64,000 nucleotides of DNA from Halocafeteria seosinensis (lineage: Eukaryota): contig LVLI01000154.1 of the NCBI GenBank assembly GCA_001687465.1, positions 62,001 to 126,000 on the forward strand, given 5' to 3'. A program made the position numbers and the translations under genes. Position 1 is the first letter of the stretch, and each line of letters starts with the position of its first letter. Positions 45,821 through 58,941 of the stretch are shown piece by piece. The notes below the pieces were generated by a model. That model saw only the letters and a list, made by a program, of their open reading frames with translations, ran no database searches and was not told the origin of the DNA.

Positions 45821-46381
45821 CTATTTTAGTTGCTTGAAAAGTTTCGGAGCAGTCTGCACAAACAACAACAAAGACAATTAGCGTACCGACGGCTACTACT
45901 ACAACGACCACACAAGCCATGTAAGAACATATACATCCAACATCGAAAATGCTCCCACTAGAACAACTTTAAGCTGAAATTTCGAGTGAATGCTTCAGAG
46001 CAACTGGAGCCCTTCTTCCTCGACTAGCGCAACGTATTTAGCTAGGGTATCTACTTACACATTTATCAATGCAATGCCAATAATCAAAGGCCCATTCCTC
46101 GCAATGTCCTTCTCCCTTCTTAGTTATTCTATCTACGCAACCTTCGTATTGCTTCCATTGCTTTTCACAAGGTTTATGGCACTGCTTTTCAATCTCAGGC
46201 TTAGGGTCTACTGGTTCATCATCCGCCTGTATAGCATCAAATAAAGCCCGTATAGGCGAGAATGGATCAATACTGGGACAAGCTCCTCATGGGACACCGT
46301 TGGAATACAACATTTTTAGAGCCCCAAGGCAGCTTTTCGACCACCATACGCCATAGGCAGATATCAGTACACACTTACCAT
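45821..46381 (-). CDS. UQCRH: Cytochrome b-c1 complex hinge protein (subunit 6), 67 aa, 3 exons
   Basis: ATG-only exon 46379-46381, then exons 46059-46226 and 45821-45853. Product: MADDEPVDPKPEIEKQCHKPCEKQWKQYEGCVDRITKKGEGHCEEWAFDYWHCIDKCTAPKLFKQLK. Confidence 0.93.
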
Positions 46382-46787
46382 CTTTCCTGTTATTAAAATG
46401 GATGTCCTATAGCGTATAAAATGCTCTACAACGACGCAGGTGACCTCCTGTCCTATAGATTCTCACTGCCTCTACCGCAGCTATTCGTCCAATAACCAAC
46501 CTTTGCTCACCACGAGAGAGAGAAAGGATCTTTACCACACAATCACATCGGTTTGGTTTGACTCAACTGGCGTCGTAAAAGGCATGCATGAATGAAGACC
46601 TTAATTGAGGCTGTTCTTGCAAGGTAACGGAAAGTTTGTCGTGTTCCGGAACGGGCAGATTGCGTCATTGCATTCAGCAGCCGTAAAAGCATAATTTGAC
46701 GCTTACGCAAGGTTGTTTATTTACACCATTTCGTAGCATGGTGACTATACTATCGTGTGTTGAAATCTAGTGGAAATTGGGTGAACA

Positions 46788-47943
46788 ATGATGTCTGTAC
46801 AGCGTCGTGTAGCCTCGAGATTGGCCAGAAGCCTCCCACATGCTTCTGCTTTAATGACGCCTTGTATGAGGACAATGGTACGTCGACTCCCGTTGCTTCG
46901 GCAGCCGAAAAACATAATTTCAGTGTTCTTAATTGCTAGTGGTTATTCATCGTCTCATTGGTCATGGCCTTTGTCGAAACAGGCTCACCGCGGCATCTCA
47001 ACGACGGCTGCCAAACAAGGCATTTTTGCAGCTGTAAGTGTTCAATACGGTCTCCTAATGCTCATACCACGGCAACGAAACTCAAACTATTGTATGATAT
47101 TTTCGATACTGCAGCATCGTAACGATGATCCGACCAACACAGAAGATCACCACTTTGATTTCACACCCGAGAACTATGAAGTAGTGGAAACAATCTTAGC
47201 CAAATATCCGGAAAACTATAAACGAGCTGCTATCATACCTCTGTTAGATCTTGCCCAGAGACAATGTGGAAACTTTTTGCCTGTAGCTGCAATGAAAAAG
47301 GTGGCTCGCATTGTAGGAGTGACCGACGGGGAGGTTATGGAAGTGTCAACATTCTACACAATGTTCAATAGAGAGAGAGTTGGGAAGTACTTCATTCAAC
47401 TGTGTGGGACAACTCCTTGCATGGTCAATGGTAGTGAGGAAATCAAGAGCACTATCGAAAAACACTTGGGCATAAAATGCGGAGGTAAGCAGTGAATGCG
47501 AAAAATGTGTCTATTTTTTAAACCAAGTGAAGTACGGTCGATCGCCATTACGACAGACACAACAAAAGATGGATTATTTACGCTGCTAGAAGTAGAATGC
47601 CTTGGGGCGTGTGTCAACGCGCCAATGATACAGATAAACGACGACTACTATGAGTGTTTGACCCCTGAAACCACGCGACAACTCCTTGACGAATGCAGGA
47701 AGTCGGGTCCACCCACTCTAAACAAATACGGAAGGTATGTTGCCAAGGATTTTCTTTTTACTCTCTTGGTTACGATAGGGATTTCTTCTCTTTTGCAGTT
47801 TTGCAATGAATGGACAGTACACCTGCGAAGGTCCAAAAGGGAAAACCACCCTGCATAAAATTCCAGACGCACCCAAGTGTCGCGATCTTGAAGGGGACGT
47901 TGATCCCTCCACCGTCAAGAGGCATATGCACTATGACTACTAG
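46788..47943 (+). CDS. NDUFV2: NADH dehydrogenase 24-kDa subunit (NuoE), mitochondrial, 5 exons
   Basis: [51 protein letters not shown]. Introns at 46878-46982, 47034-47114, 47485-47556 and 47735-47798. Confidence 0.96.
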
Positions 47944-48058
47944 TCCACCACCGTTTCCTAGGTAGACAAGAGCAACAATAGACACATCCAATAACCATTC
48001 ACCTTGGCAAAACATTGTTTTCAGATGCTGTTATTCCGTGTGCTTCGTTGATGGTAAC

Positions 48059-48506
48059 TTAGCTCTCATTTGGTTTGTGCTTGGCCATGTATCGAGACTT
48101 GCAGTACTGGAAGAGCTCCTCTTTCCTCTTGGCCAGTAGATCAAAGTGGTGACTTTCTACTTTTGCGTTTTTATTGCTTCTTCTGCCACTAGAAGAGGGT
48201 GTCGACTTTTTCGAAGCAGCTTGCCTCTGTTGCTGATGCTGCTGTTGGGGTTCCGCTACTAAATTGTCCAATACGTAAGAGAGAATCACCAGCAACGCCA
48301 CCAGGTCTATCTGCATAAAAGACAAAGATAGCACGTCAGCCAGACAAGCCTAACTTTCCAAAGTGACATACCATCCATAAAAGCGGCTCCGACCAAATGA
48401 CGTCCAGTACAGCCTTGGGATTGAGAGAGTCCGCCAGAAAGACGGCATAGGCAACAGTACCAGCCACCGTGGCTGAGCAAACAACGCTGGCGGTGGCAAA
48501 TTGCAT
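48059..48506 (-). CDS. 128-aa membrane protein with C-terminal G2BR/U7BR-like (Ube2G2/Ubc7-binding) helix
   Basis: Exons 48372-48506 and 48059-48310. Hydrophobic N-terminal half. LAKRKEELFQYCKSRY resembles AUP1 LQERKQALYEYARRRF and gp78 LVQRKDELLQQARKRF. Confidence 0.6.
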
Positions 48507-48882
48507 CGTTTCTGTTTCTTCAGTAGGCCTTTAGTTAAGACAAGGACAATATTTGATGCTGATACCAACCAAAATGGGGCACGAGAGTATCGAGTGTAAT
48601 TGAACAATACTGAGAGTTCGACACTAATGCTTGTTGCGAACGACCGCCGCTATTTGGGCCACACTTGTCGGCGAAGCGCTAGCGAAGGGATTCTCAGAAC
48701 TGACACTGCAGCATGATAGACCACCGAATGCTTACTTGTTTATATAGCATTATCCCAGGATGCTCAGGCTGCAGCAATGTGTGTGGTATTGCTCCTACCC
48801 TACAACTAAACGCGCCGAAGTGGGACAGTTATGTGGAATCATGGACATGAATACGGACTGTGATATTGATCCGATTCGCAGC

Positions 48883-49888
48883 TTATCTACGCATAGACCT
48901 GCGACTACGCATACGTACTCGCCCCTTCCCTCTAAGCTTAGAGTATTCCGACTTGCCATGTTTCCGTGCCTGGCGACGCATAACATCGTAGACGCCGAAA
49001 TCGTTTTCAGAAGGCAAGCTAACGTTCCTCCTTGGTTCGAAAGGAGCTTGCATGGAAATTAAATGAATCAACAGATTAGCTCTTGCCAAATGTTGGCCCT
49101 GCGGTTTCTGTAAGCACTTCTCCCATGCCCTTTGATTGATAACGATGACCTTCCATCCTTTCCTCCTTATTAAATCGTGATGAGTTTGATATTCAGGTTT
49201 CAGTACCTGTGTTCCTTCGTAGTATGCTTCCCGTGGTACAACCTCTAAGCAGACGTACATATGCTGGAATGCTAGAAAAGTACGGACATCCTCTGTTATC
49301 TCACAGTTCCGGATAACCGGCCATCCTAACTTTCTACAAGTCTGAACGATTGTCCGACGGGCCAATCGCATGGGATCAAATCTGCAAACCCCCAACAAGT
49401 TAAGCGCAACGCTAATTTCTCTCCTCATTTTGTCTTGTAGTAACATAGAGGGAACCAAACTTACTGCTCAGCGTATTCTACTGCCTCTCTAATTTGTTTG
49501 GCCGTCTCCTTCCGTAGTCGCTTCTTCTTCCAGCTCGGTGTACCAGCTCTTGAACGCCATCTCTGCAACGTACGAAAACCACAGCAATGATGAACAATGG
49601 TGTTTGATGGGCATATTTGCCCTGCCATCAGCCTACCTTTTGCTGGCAATTTAAGCTGTTATTCCATAACGAGTACGCACTTGGGTCCGTCGCTGGAAGG
49701 GAGGGGTTCTGAGCAATAGTGTCTCTGTTGGAAAAGATGGAAAAGGCTCCTATGGAGCCTGTATTGGCCGTATATCGCCCATTATACAAGCCGAGTAAGG
49801 ACAGATACCGCCTACTCTGGCCCATTACACCTCCATTTCCACCGCTCCAGCCGATTTGGAGCATCGACCGAAGACTTGCGGCCATCAT
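48883..49888 (-). CDS. Probable mitochondrial RAP-domain protein (spliced)
   Basis: Presequence-like MMAASLRSML. RAP-like VCLEVV....YYEGTQVLKPEYQTHHDLIRRKGWKVIVINQRAW. Confidence 0.6.
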
Positions 49889-50230
49889 CTTTATATTATA
49901 CATATCATATCTATCTAATTGAATCAACAGTCTATCTGTATGGACACTAAATGGAGCCGGGGCGTCCTCCAAGGGGGAGCCAAGGGGGGAGGGGACACCA
50001 CCTTCAATTACATGGTACCTACCAGAGTTTGTCGTTACATGCCGAGTCTATGGTCGTTGGAGCAGTCTCAATGATACGAAGTGTATGAGTAATCTATGCT
50101 TCCTGTGTAGAGAGTGTGTGAATACTGAGAAAGAGAACGATTCGTTTTCACCTTTTCTGCTCGTTTTTCGGTTAGATCAGATCTTGTCCCATTTAGAGGC
50201 TTTTACAGCCTCTATACCGCGTATACCGCG

Positions 50231-53200
50231 ATGGAGGGGTTAGAGACTAATACTATGGACCCCAACACGGTGCGCACGCTGAGCAAGGGGCAGAAAGTGT
50301 GGGTGAAAAACCCGTATAAAGAAGGCGATGAGAGGTAGGTGCATATATCTTATTGCCTTTGTGGCGTATAAAGACCCTTATATGCCTCGATGGGGTTTCT
50401 CGAGTGAATAGATGTGTTAAGCTAAATGTATTCTATCTTTGTCGGTGCCTGCGGGGAATGCAGATATAGAGCAACATGGCTGCCACGGGAGAATTCCTCG
50501 AGACCATTCGTACGTCTAGCATCATTAATGGATCTGTCTCTTCAGGAAATCACTTTATTTGAGATATTTGTTTGCAGTGGGTCCCCGCCGAAGTTCTGAC
50601 TGTCCAAGCAGGGGCAAGAGCTGCTCAGATCAGTGTGCAAACATCGCTGACGCCTAAGGTACCGCTGATCGTTCCTGCCAAAGAAGTACTGTTGATGGAT
50701 GACGTGGAAGATATCGATGACTTAACGGAATTTACACGCCTACATGAAGCGAACGTGTTGAATTGTTTGACTAGGTATGTCTTGAGGGCAGGCCGAGGTT
50801 TGGAGTCATAGATAACCAGAATTACTCCCTGTGGTTATTCTAATATTTTGGCAGGAGGTATATTGACGGAAAACCGTACACCAAAGCAGGGGAGTTGTTA
50901 TTGAGCATAAACCCTTACCGTAATGTGGCTGATGATGAGGGTATTTCTATCTATGATCCTGTGTATATGTACCGGTATCGCCATAGACCGCCGAAGTATC
51001 TTTTGGATACGCTACCGGCGTCCAAACGGGAGATCTACCAACTACCTCCGCATGTATTCGACACGTCTCAGGAGGCACTCAACGCTATTTTAGACGACCA
51101 ACTTAGTCAATACATGTGCTTTTTGGGGGAATCAGGGAGTGGTAAAACTGAGTCCCTAAAGCATGCAATCACATATTTTCTACATGCATGTGCTGAAACC
51201 CGATTACGACTTCAAGATCAAGCTCAAGTGCGTCGGGGTAGTAGCTATGGAAGCTCCTATCGAGGGCTGTTATCTTTGCGCTCCGCCGACATCTATGATG
51301 CAAAACGGGAAACTTTGAATAGAGAAGGAAGATATGGTTCTCCGGATAATCCATTTTATTGCAATGGCTTGGATGAAAGCGAAAAACTTGTACAAGCTGG
51401 GGAAACCATTTTGGATGCGTTTGGTACAGCGGGCTCTATATCCAACACACATAGTTCACGGCATGCGAGGCTAACCAAACTTTATTTTACAAGAGAAGGA
51501 ATGTTCATGAAAGCACAGTATACTTGCTTGTTGCTAGATACGGCCAGGGTTAGTGGTCTATCGGATGAAGTGGACGATTCGCTTTTACACAAAGAAATGG
51601 CGGATAGTGACGGAAGCTCAACAAGAATTTCTAATTTAATCACAAATTATTCAATTTTCTATTACATGCTTGCCGGATTGGATCGGTCGGAAAAAAAAGA
51701 GCTGGGTTTAGAGGACGAACGGCCGGCGGCATATCGCTATCTTCGATGTAATTCAAACACTAGCGAAGACTATGCTGTTCCACTACAGCCGTCTCATGCT
51801 GACAATTTTGCTCTTGTAGCTAGCGCCTTAGAGAAAGCAGGTGTTGGAAAAGAAAAGCGTATAGAAATTTGGCGTACACTTGCTGGTATATTGCACCTTG
51901 GGAATCTGGAGTTTACTCCGGGGGACAGAAGCAAGAACCAGCCTGTTCAAGTGGCTAAGGCAGGTATACAGAAAGTTTCGCATTCACTGTTAATTGAGCC
52001 ACAAACTTTATCTGATGCCCTTAGTCGCAATATTGGTGGAGAGGACACTTTGATTTTCGACGTCGGTGTTGCCCGAAGCCAAGTTGATGATTTGTGCTGC
52101 TCATTATATGAGGAGCTGTATAACTGGATTGTTGCACAGTTGAACGCCGCTAATGATCCCGAACCGAATTCTCGAATGGAGCAAGTGTGGGGGGAGGAGA
52201 TCCAGAATGTTCCGTTTGGTCAGGTCGAGCCTCTGCATATAGGTCTCATTGATTGCCCGGGATTCGATGTACGGCCAGGATCGAAACTACATGGTTTGCC
52301 TTCACTATTGATCAACCACACAGATGAGAAACTTCAGGCGGCTTTCATTGACGCCTTTTTCGTCAATGAGCGTCAGATACTTGAAGAAGAAAAGGTAGAC
52401 TCCTCTCATATCCGTTTTGATGACAATATGGACATTTTGCAAGCCATAGATAATGCGCGAACAGGTATACTATCAATGTGCGAGGAAGCGTCGCAGTATA
52501 AACGAGGTAACATACAGGTTTTGGGATCAAAACTACACACGCTTTTAAAGCGGAACAAGGCATATTCGAAGCACCAAACATCTAAAGACGAACCTCCTGC
52601 GTTTACGTTGCATCACACTGCAGCCGATGTATCATATTCGTTGTCGGAGCTTGTGCGCGGCAATACTGAGCTAGTGGGAGCTGATGTTTGCCGGTTTCTA
52701 AGTTCGTCATGTAGGACTCAACTATGCCAGTCCCTTCTCGAATCTCTTGGTGCTACTTCAACCGGCATCCCTTCAAAGTCTGTTCGGTCCAGTCCTACCT
52801 TGTTGCGCCAGCCTCCGAGTGCCAGAATTAGTCGTGCATTGGACGACATATTTTCACCCTTGTCTGCAGGAGTACCCTGGTGTGTGAGGTGTTTGAGACC
52901 AAACAGCAAGCTCCGAGCGTCGTACGTCGATCACACGTACTCGCTTCACCAACTTCGGTATGGTGCCGTCTTAAACACTGCCTCGCTGCGACACTCGGGG
53001 TATAGCTTTCGTACAACGTTCGAGGATTTTTACAGCCGGTTTATGATCATTGCACAACAAGGAGGCAACCTTGTTTTCCCTCCACCACCGCATCTCAATA
53101 TGCGCTCTCTTTGCAAAGAACTTCTGCATCAACTTCTACAGCATCCTGCGTTTGACAACATTGACCTGTCACGGGGAGTACAGTTGGGCGAAACCAAAGT

Positions 53201-56200
53201 ATTTCTTCGAAAGTCTATCATCGATACCTTGGAGGCACTGCGAGAAGTAAGGCTCCAGGCCATGGACCGCGTAGCAGTTAAGTTCCAAGCATTACACCGC
53301 GGATATCACACCCGAAAGTCGCTTCAGTATCTGGAGCAAGGGATGAGCTTGTTTCAAACTGGATGGATTACACACATGCACCATCAGAAATGGAAAGATA
53401 AAATAAAACGCGTCCGTACAATTCAGCGAAGGGTTCGTGTGTGGCTTGCCCGGAAACATTTCTTGCTTCAGCGGGATGCGTCTCTGGCAATCCAGAAGTG
53501 GTACCGGTCTTGCATCGACCGGTGCCATTTTAAGGGTGTGCGCAATGGTGTCCGTTTGCTCCACACTCTTGCCCGAGGCTACATAGTGCGGCAACATGTT
53601 TTGGCTATGCTCGAATGTGTTATCAAGTTGCAACGAGCTGCCCGACAGTTTCTGTTTCGTTGTCGCGTCTGGCATGTCGAAAAAAGTGCTGCTATCCGCA
53701 TTCAGGCTTTTTGGCGGGGATTCTGGTGTCGGGTACTGCATGAAAATGAACTCTTCCACCTAATGAAGGCTCGAGAACATCGTGCAACGGTTCGCTTGGT
53801 TAGCGAGATCAAAGCAACATGGAGAATGACTTTAACACGTCGCCGATTTCTTGACCTAAAAAAGGCAACAACGACCATCCAGCGTTTTATAAAGACCAAA
53901 TTGACCGTCGCCATGTTTAGGAGGCAAGTGGAGAGTATAAAGCAGATGCAAGCTTGTGTTCGAGGCTTCTTGGCGCGACGGCTTACCAGGCGGCTACGGA
54001 CCTATGATGCATTGGCTGACAGCCTGTGGGCACTGTACAAATGGAGAAGAGCAGAAATCAAGGATGCTTTACAAAGCAACAGTACAGAGGCTATTCTTGG
54101 GACTTGTCCGCGGTCCAAGAGCGATTCCGCGCAATTAGCTTGCTTGGTTGACGCGGATTCTACCGTCCATCTTCAAGACGCCTTTCCCCGAGGCTTTGCG
54201 CGCTGCTTCGATGAATTGCTTACTTCTTTGACAGATCATGGACAACGCCTCGTTTCCGTTGCTGTTAGTTCCTCCAGCTGCGTTGCTGTTGTTGAAAACG
54301 GGCATGTCTATTCGTGGGGTCTCAACGATCGCGGGCAATGTGGGGCTGGTCACACCCAGCCAATAAAGAGGGCTACTAGGATAGAGGCTTTCGCTAGTGG
54401 GGATGCACTAGGATACTCGGCGAACTCAGGACGTTCGGTGATGTCGTTCTCAAAGACGAAGGGCTCCCCTCAACGGTCTTCCCCACGAAAAGATGTTGGC
54501 ATGAGGTCGAGTCCTATGTATTCGTCGTTCGAAGCTGGACTCAGGAAGAGCATTACTCCAACTGTAAGGATTTGCTCTGTGGTTTGCGGCGAAGGACATT
54601 CAGTAGCATTGGCAGATACCGGAATGGTATTTTCGTGGGGGGATTCAAAGTACGGTCAATTAGGTTTAGGAGACTTCGAATTTGTTGATAGACCAACACC
54701 AATAGAACTAGTGGAACACAAGGTGTGTGCTATCGCCGCAGGAGATTATCATACCCTCACGCTATTGACGAATGGTACGGTTCTGTCGTTTGGGAAGGGA
54801 GAATACGCTGGTCTGGCTTCTGAGAATGACGAAAGTGCCGAGGATATTCCACTACCGACGGTGATTGATGAATTAACATCTGCTCCGGTCCGCCATATTT
54901 GTGCATCGGGGTGTATATCTGGCGTTGTTAGCACCTCGGGGATAGTCTACATGTGGGGAGACAACAGAAAGGGCCAGTGTGGAGTCGGCAAAGCGGCACA
55001 TGTTTACAAAGCCACAGCTCTGAGTGCTCTTCGAGACGGAACCTTCAACTCAGCTCATCCGGACATGCTTCAGAATGCGCTTCAGCACAATCGCATTGTC
55101 CAACTAAGTTGTTCCCGAAGCCATTGTGCAGCTGTAAGCAGCACGGGCCGGGTTTTTGTCTGGGGAGATAATAGCTACGGCCAACTAGGTCTCGGTGATG
55201 TTAGAAACAGGACCATTCCGACTCACGTACACAATCTGGAGAAGCGTTGCGTTTCGCAGGTGGTAGCGTCGTCAAGATCCACCTATGCTCTCACCGACCT
55301 CCAGGAACTTCTTATTTTTGGGGCAGCAGTCCCCCTCCAATCTGCTATCGCTCAGGCGGAACTAGAGGCGAAGGGCAGTGACCAAGATTCAACGATGCGT
55401 AATCCTGAATTAGTCTCTGAATTGCGATCGACATTTCCCGTGGCGATACCCATCAATGAGGTGCCTGGGCGAACTCCACAATGTGTTCTGAACGCATGTA
55501 GTTCCACTCTAGGTGTTACTGTTTTACTGTATGCTCAAGCTGGTCTTTCGGACAGTGAACTGTATGCCCTTTTACAACGGCGAAACTTAAGACACATTCC
55601 AAAACCGTTTGACAGCTCTCGTGAAGTCGACTTGAGGAAGAATGAATCTGTAGTCAATGGATACGAGCCCGCAACGCTGGGGTTCAAGACTCTCCAGACG
55701 TTCACCACATCCTTACTACGACCGGATACTGGGTCTCCAGGGATTACGGTTGGCAACTCTCGCCGTAGTTCGGTTGAGCGGATTGAAGATGAAAACGCCC
55801 TTGGTGCCACATTGGAAGACTTGAACATGCATGATTCCCCGTTTTCTCCATTGTCTTTTTTGCACCAGCTCCTGAGTTACTGCGCGGATGTTCGAAATGC
55901 TTTTGTCGCGAGACCAGAGAGGTTTGCTAGGAACTATTACTCAATGGCTGCCGAGGGACTGGATCTTGTCTCTGTGGCTACCAGGGGACTCGAAATAAAG
56001 CAATCAGGTGATAGCACCAGTACGGAAAGTGACATTGTGATACAGAGCTACTTCGATAATACTCGCGGACGTCCTCTTGGTCTTCACTGTCTTCATCACT
56101 TCCTGAACACCCGCGGACCTCCTGTGCGTGTAATCGACGCTTTCATGGGACTACACCCGCGAACGATTGGGGGCATGACTGAAACGCAGTTCTTTACGAT

Positions 56201-57098
56201 TACCAACAAACTGCTGCAACTTGCTCGCCAAGACACCGCTCTCTCCCGCCATCCATCTATTGCATATAAGAAGGAAAAAAAGTATAAGGCGGCAATTTCC
56301 TCCATTTGGGAGGATTTTGGCCCAAAATGTTCACCACCTATCAAGCCTGTCTCTACTATGAACCAGAGCGAGTACTGGCAAAGGACGACGTGGAATACTG
56401 AGACAAGCTCGGCGCGTAGCCCGAGGTCTCCCGAGGAACGCTCAATGTATATTCGCCGTCTTCATCAAGTCAGCCCGGCCGATATGGTAGCACGGAGCAG
56501 CGCTTACGCCAAGAGTAGACACACCCCTTCGAACCGCATAAGCAAGCGCAGTACTGAGCATTGTACATCAGTTGAAGCAACTGAAGAACCCGAGCTTGAA
56601 CCACAAGACAACTCCCGTGCTCTGCTTAACGGGGAAGCTACCAGCATCCAGCCTATAGAGAAAGCTATACGTGAAAACCCTGATGGAGTGCCGGCTAACA
56701 CGTCCATGCGACGCGGAAGAGTCTTTCCCACCGACGCAGAATTTCTGGAAACATTTTTTGAACCCCAGAACCTTGTCGACGCGAACCAGCACCGCGAGAA
56801 GCGAATTGCGTCTGAAAGGAGGGCCCAACAACTAACAAGGAAGCAGCAGTCGTCGTCTCCAGGAAGATCTCCGAGCCGAAGCAACCAAATGACTGTACGA
56901 ACGCTGCTTCAGGGGAGCGAAGAAGATGAACGGGAACGACTGCAAAATGAGCTTGCACGCCTGCGTCAACAATTGAACACAACAACTGACGAACAGAAAC
57001 AACATAGGAGACAAAAGTCAAGTGAACTAGTTGACTCAATACGGCGAGAGGCAGAAAGTGCGGCTGAGCTTGCTTGGCATGGGCAGTCGTCGGAATAG
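50231..57098 (+). CDS. Unconventional myosin: N-terminal SH3-like domain, divergent motor, multiple IQ motifs, RCC1 repeats, coiled-coil end
   Basis: KGQKVWV, DDLTEFTRLHEANVL, LSINPY, GESGSGKTES, VRCLRPN, QLGETKVFLR, IQ..WRG..R repeats, VYSWGLNDRGQCG/WGDNSYGQLG. Small 5' exons precede ORF 50895. Confidence 0.9.
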
Positions 57099-57321
57099 GG
57101 AACAATCTGGTTTGGGACGTCGCGCAAATGTTGTTTAGAAAAATTTGCTCTACTCTCTAGATCGAATAGTCAAATTAATGTACACTCTAACATTATACTT
57201 GTACCTATCACGTGATACGAACACCTTATGTACGCTTTCTCAGGATGTCGTCGCCGCTGTTATTTCGAAACGACACCGCAAACGGAAGCGTAACCGGTTG
57301 TACCATACAAAATAACACCCC

Positions 57322-58465
57322 TCAGCCTCTATAATGATGCTCAATAGCCAAAGGCTGTACTGGAGATGTGCTGGCGCCTACCGCCCCTACAGCCCTTTCG
57401 TACACCCTTAGAGTTAACTCTTCAACAGGATCCTGGCCATGCCGTGGTATCCGTTGGTTTGCTCGATTCCATTCATCCTGACCCATGTGTTGTACCTGCT
57501 CGAATGTTGGACTTTGTTAGAACGTCCTGAAATGCTGTATCCGAGGGATTACTTACCTTCCAACCCAAATGCGCCAAATTCAGGTCATAGATTCGACTAG
57601 ATAAGGAGAGGGAGTTGGTTCCTGGTATCTGGTTCCACTCACCATCCACAATGATGACAACTTTTTCGGATGGAACGGCCACGTGCGCCAAGTAGTATTC
57701 CTTCCCTGTGGGATTGGAGGCTTCCGAAATCGTGTATTGGTAGACCGCTTCCAATCCTTGCCTTCGCAAACGAGTATGAAGCGAGCTATATATTGGCAAA
57801 GCCTTGGCGTGATACTGCCGTTCAGCGTCCCTGCATCGAAGCATTACGTCTAGCGGGAGGCCGGGAAAATCTTTCACCTCGGTGGGAACGGAACTGTCCG
57901 GCGAGTCCGGAACGACCAGTCTCCCAATATTCCTCCTTAGCTGTGTTTCTATCGCCACATCTACATGGTACAGAGCAACTTGATCGAGGAATCCAAACTT
58001 CCTGCACATCCTAGTGGAGCTCATTCTTCGTACTATACCAGCAACGATTGAAGGTGAAGACACATACTTTGTTCGAAGGTTGGATCGATGCAATGCTTTC
58101 GAGAAAACTTCGGCATCCCAATAGTGAGCGAGTACTAAAATTCCTAATACATTGGACACCGTAGAACCTGGTAAAATGTCAATCCTTTGGCTTGCGTCAT
58201 GGGCTAAATGATCCAATTCATCCAGTGGAACTTCGTCATTTTCGATTCGGTTCAAGTACGAGGCAGCAGAAGCATTTCTGTCCGTTTCCTGGACGTATCC
58301 GGATACCGATCTGTACGCTACACACCATGGGGAACCTAACCTATGTAAAACGCGGCTATAAAAGGCATTATAGCCCCTAAAAGAGCCTCCCAACACCTTC
58401 ACAGATCCACGCCCGAAGCACGAGACAATTTGCTGCACGGGGACTTTTTTCGTCCACTTGTGCAT
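57322..58465 (-). CDS. RAP-domain (FASTK-like) protein; start uncertain
   Basis: AHVAVPSEKVVIIVDGEW....TNSL...SRIYDLNLAHLGWK, spliced to VQHMGQDEW...; last exon stop at 57322. Confidence 0.6.
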
Positions 58466-58941
58466 TCTACGTCAACCCATTGGTCTTCTGCCGTCGTATT
58501 ACCATGTGTACGACCTTCCATACAGCGTGTTGACCCTCCAAAACGCCTCCAAATGGCGCCTCTATACCATAAATACAAGCCGACGAAAAGATTGTCGTTT
58601 CCGCGACTTCAACCTCCTATGTTCTTATGGTCCACGGGGTGTATCATGTGTGTTCCGGTTGATACAGAGTGACGTCTCCATTAAGAAGGACTTTCTGTAC
58701 TCTGTTGTCTGGCTTTTGGTTTTCCTTCCGGCTGTCTTGAAGCGCGAAACAGGGGGGGAAATACTGCGGAAGAATTAAAAACGCATCAATCTAATCTTCT
58801 TCTTCGGCCTCCCCTTCGTGGGCTTCCCTGTATTTTCCTTTTTGTCGTTTCTCCAGCGCGAGACGTGCTGTTCGGCTTCAAGAGACGCCAGACGTCTTGT
58901 TTTTCTAAAGGCTCTATCAGGGCATATACTCAGGAAAGACA

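Noticed and set aside
45990..46244. Hydrophobic 84-aa + strand ORF
   Set aside because: It is the antisense shadow of UQCRH exon 2.
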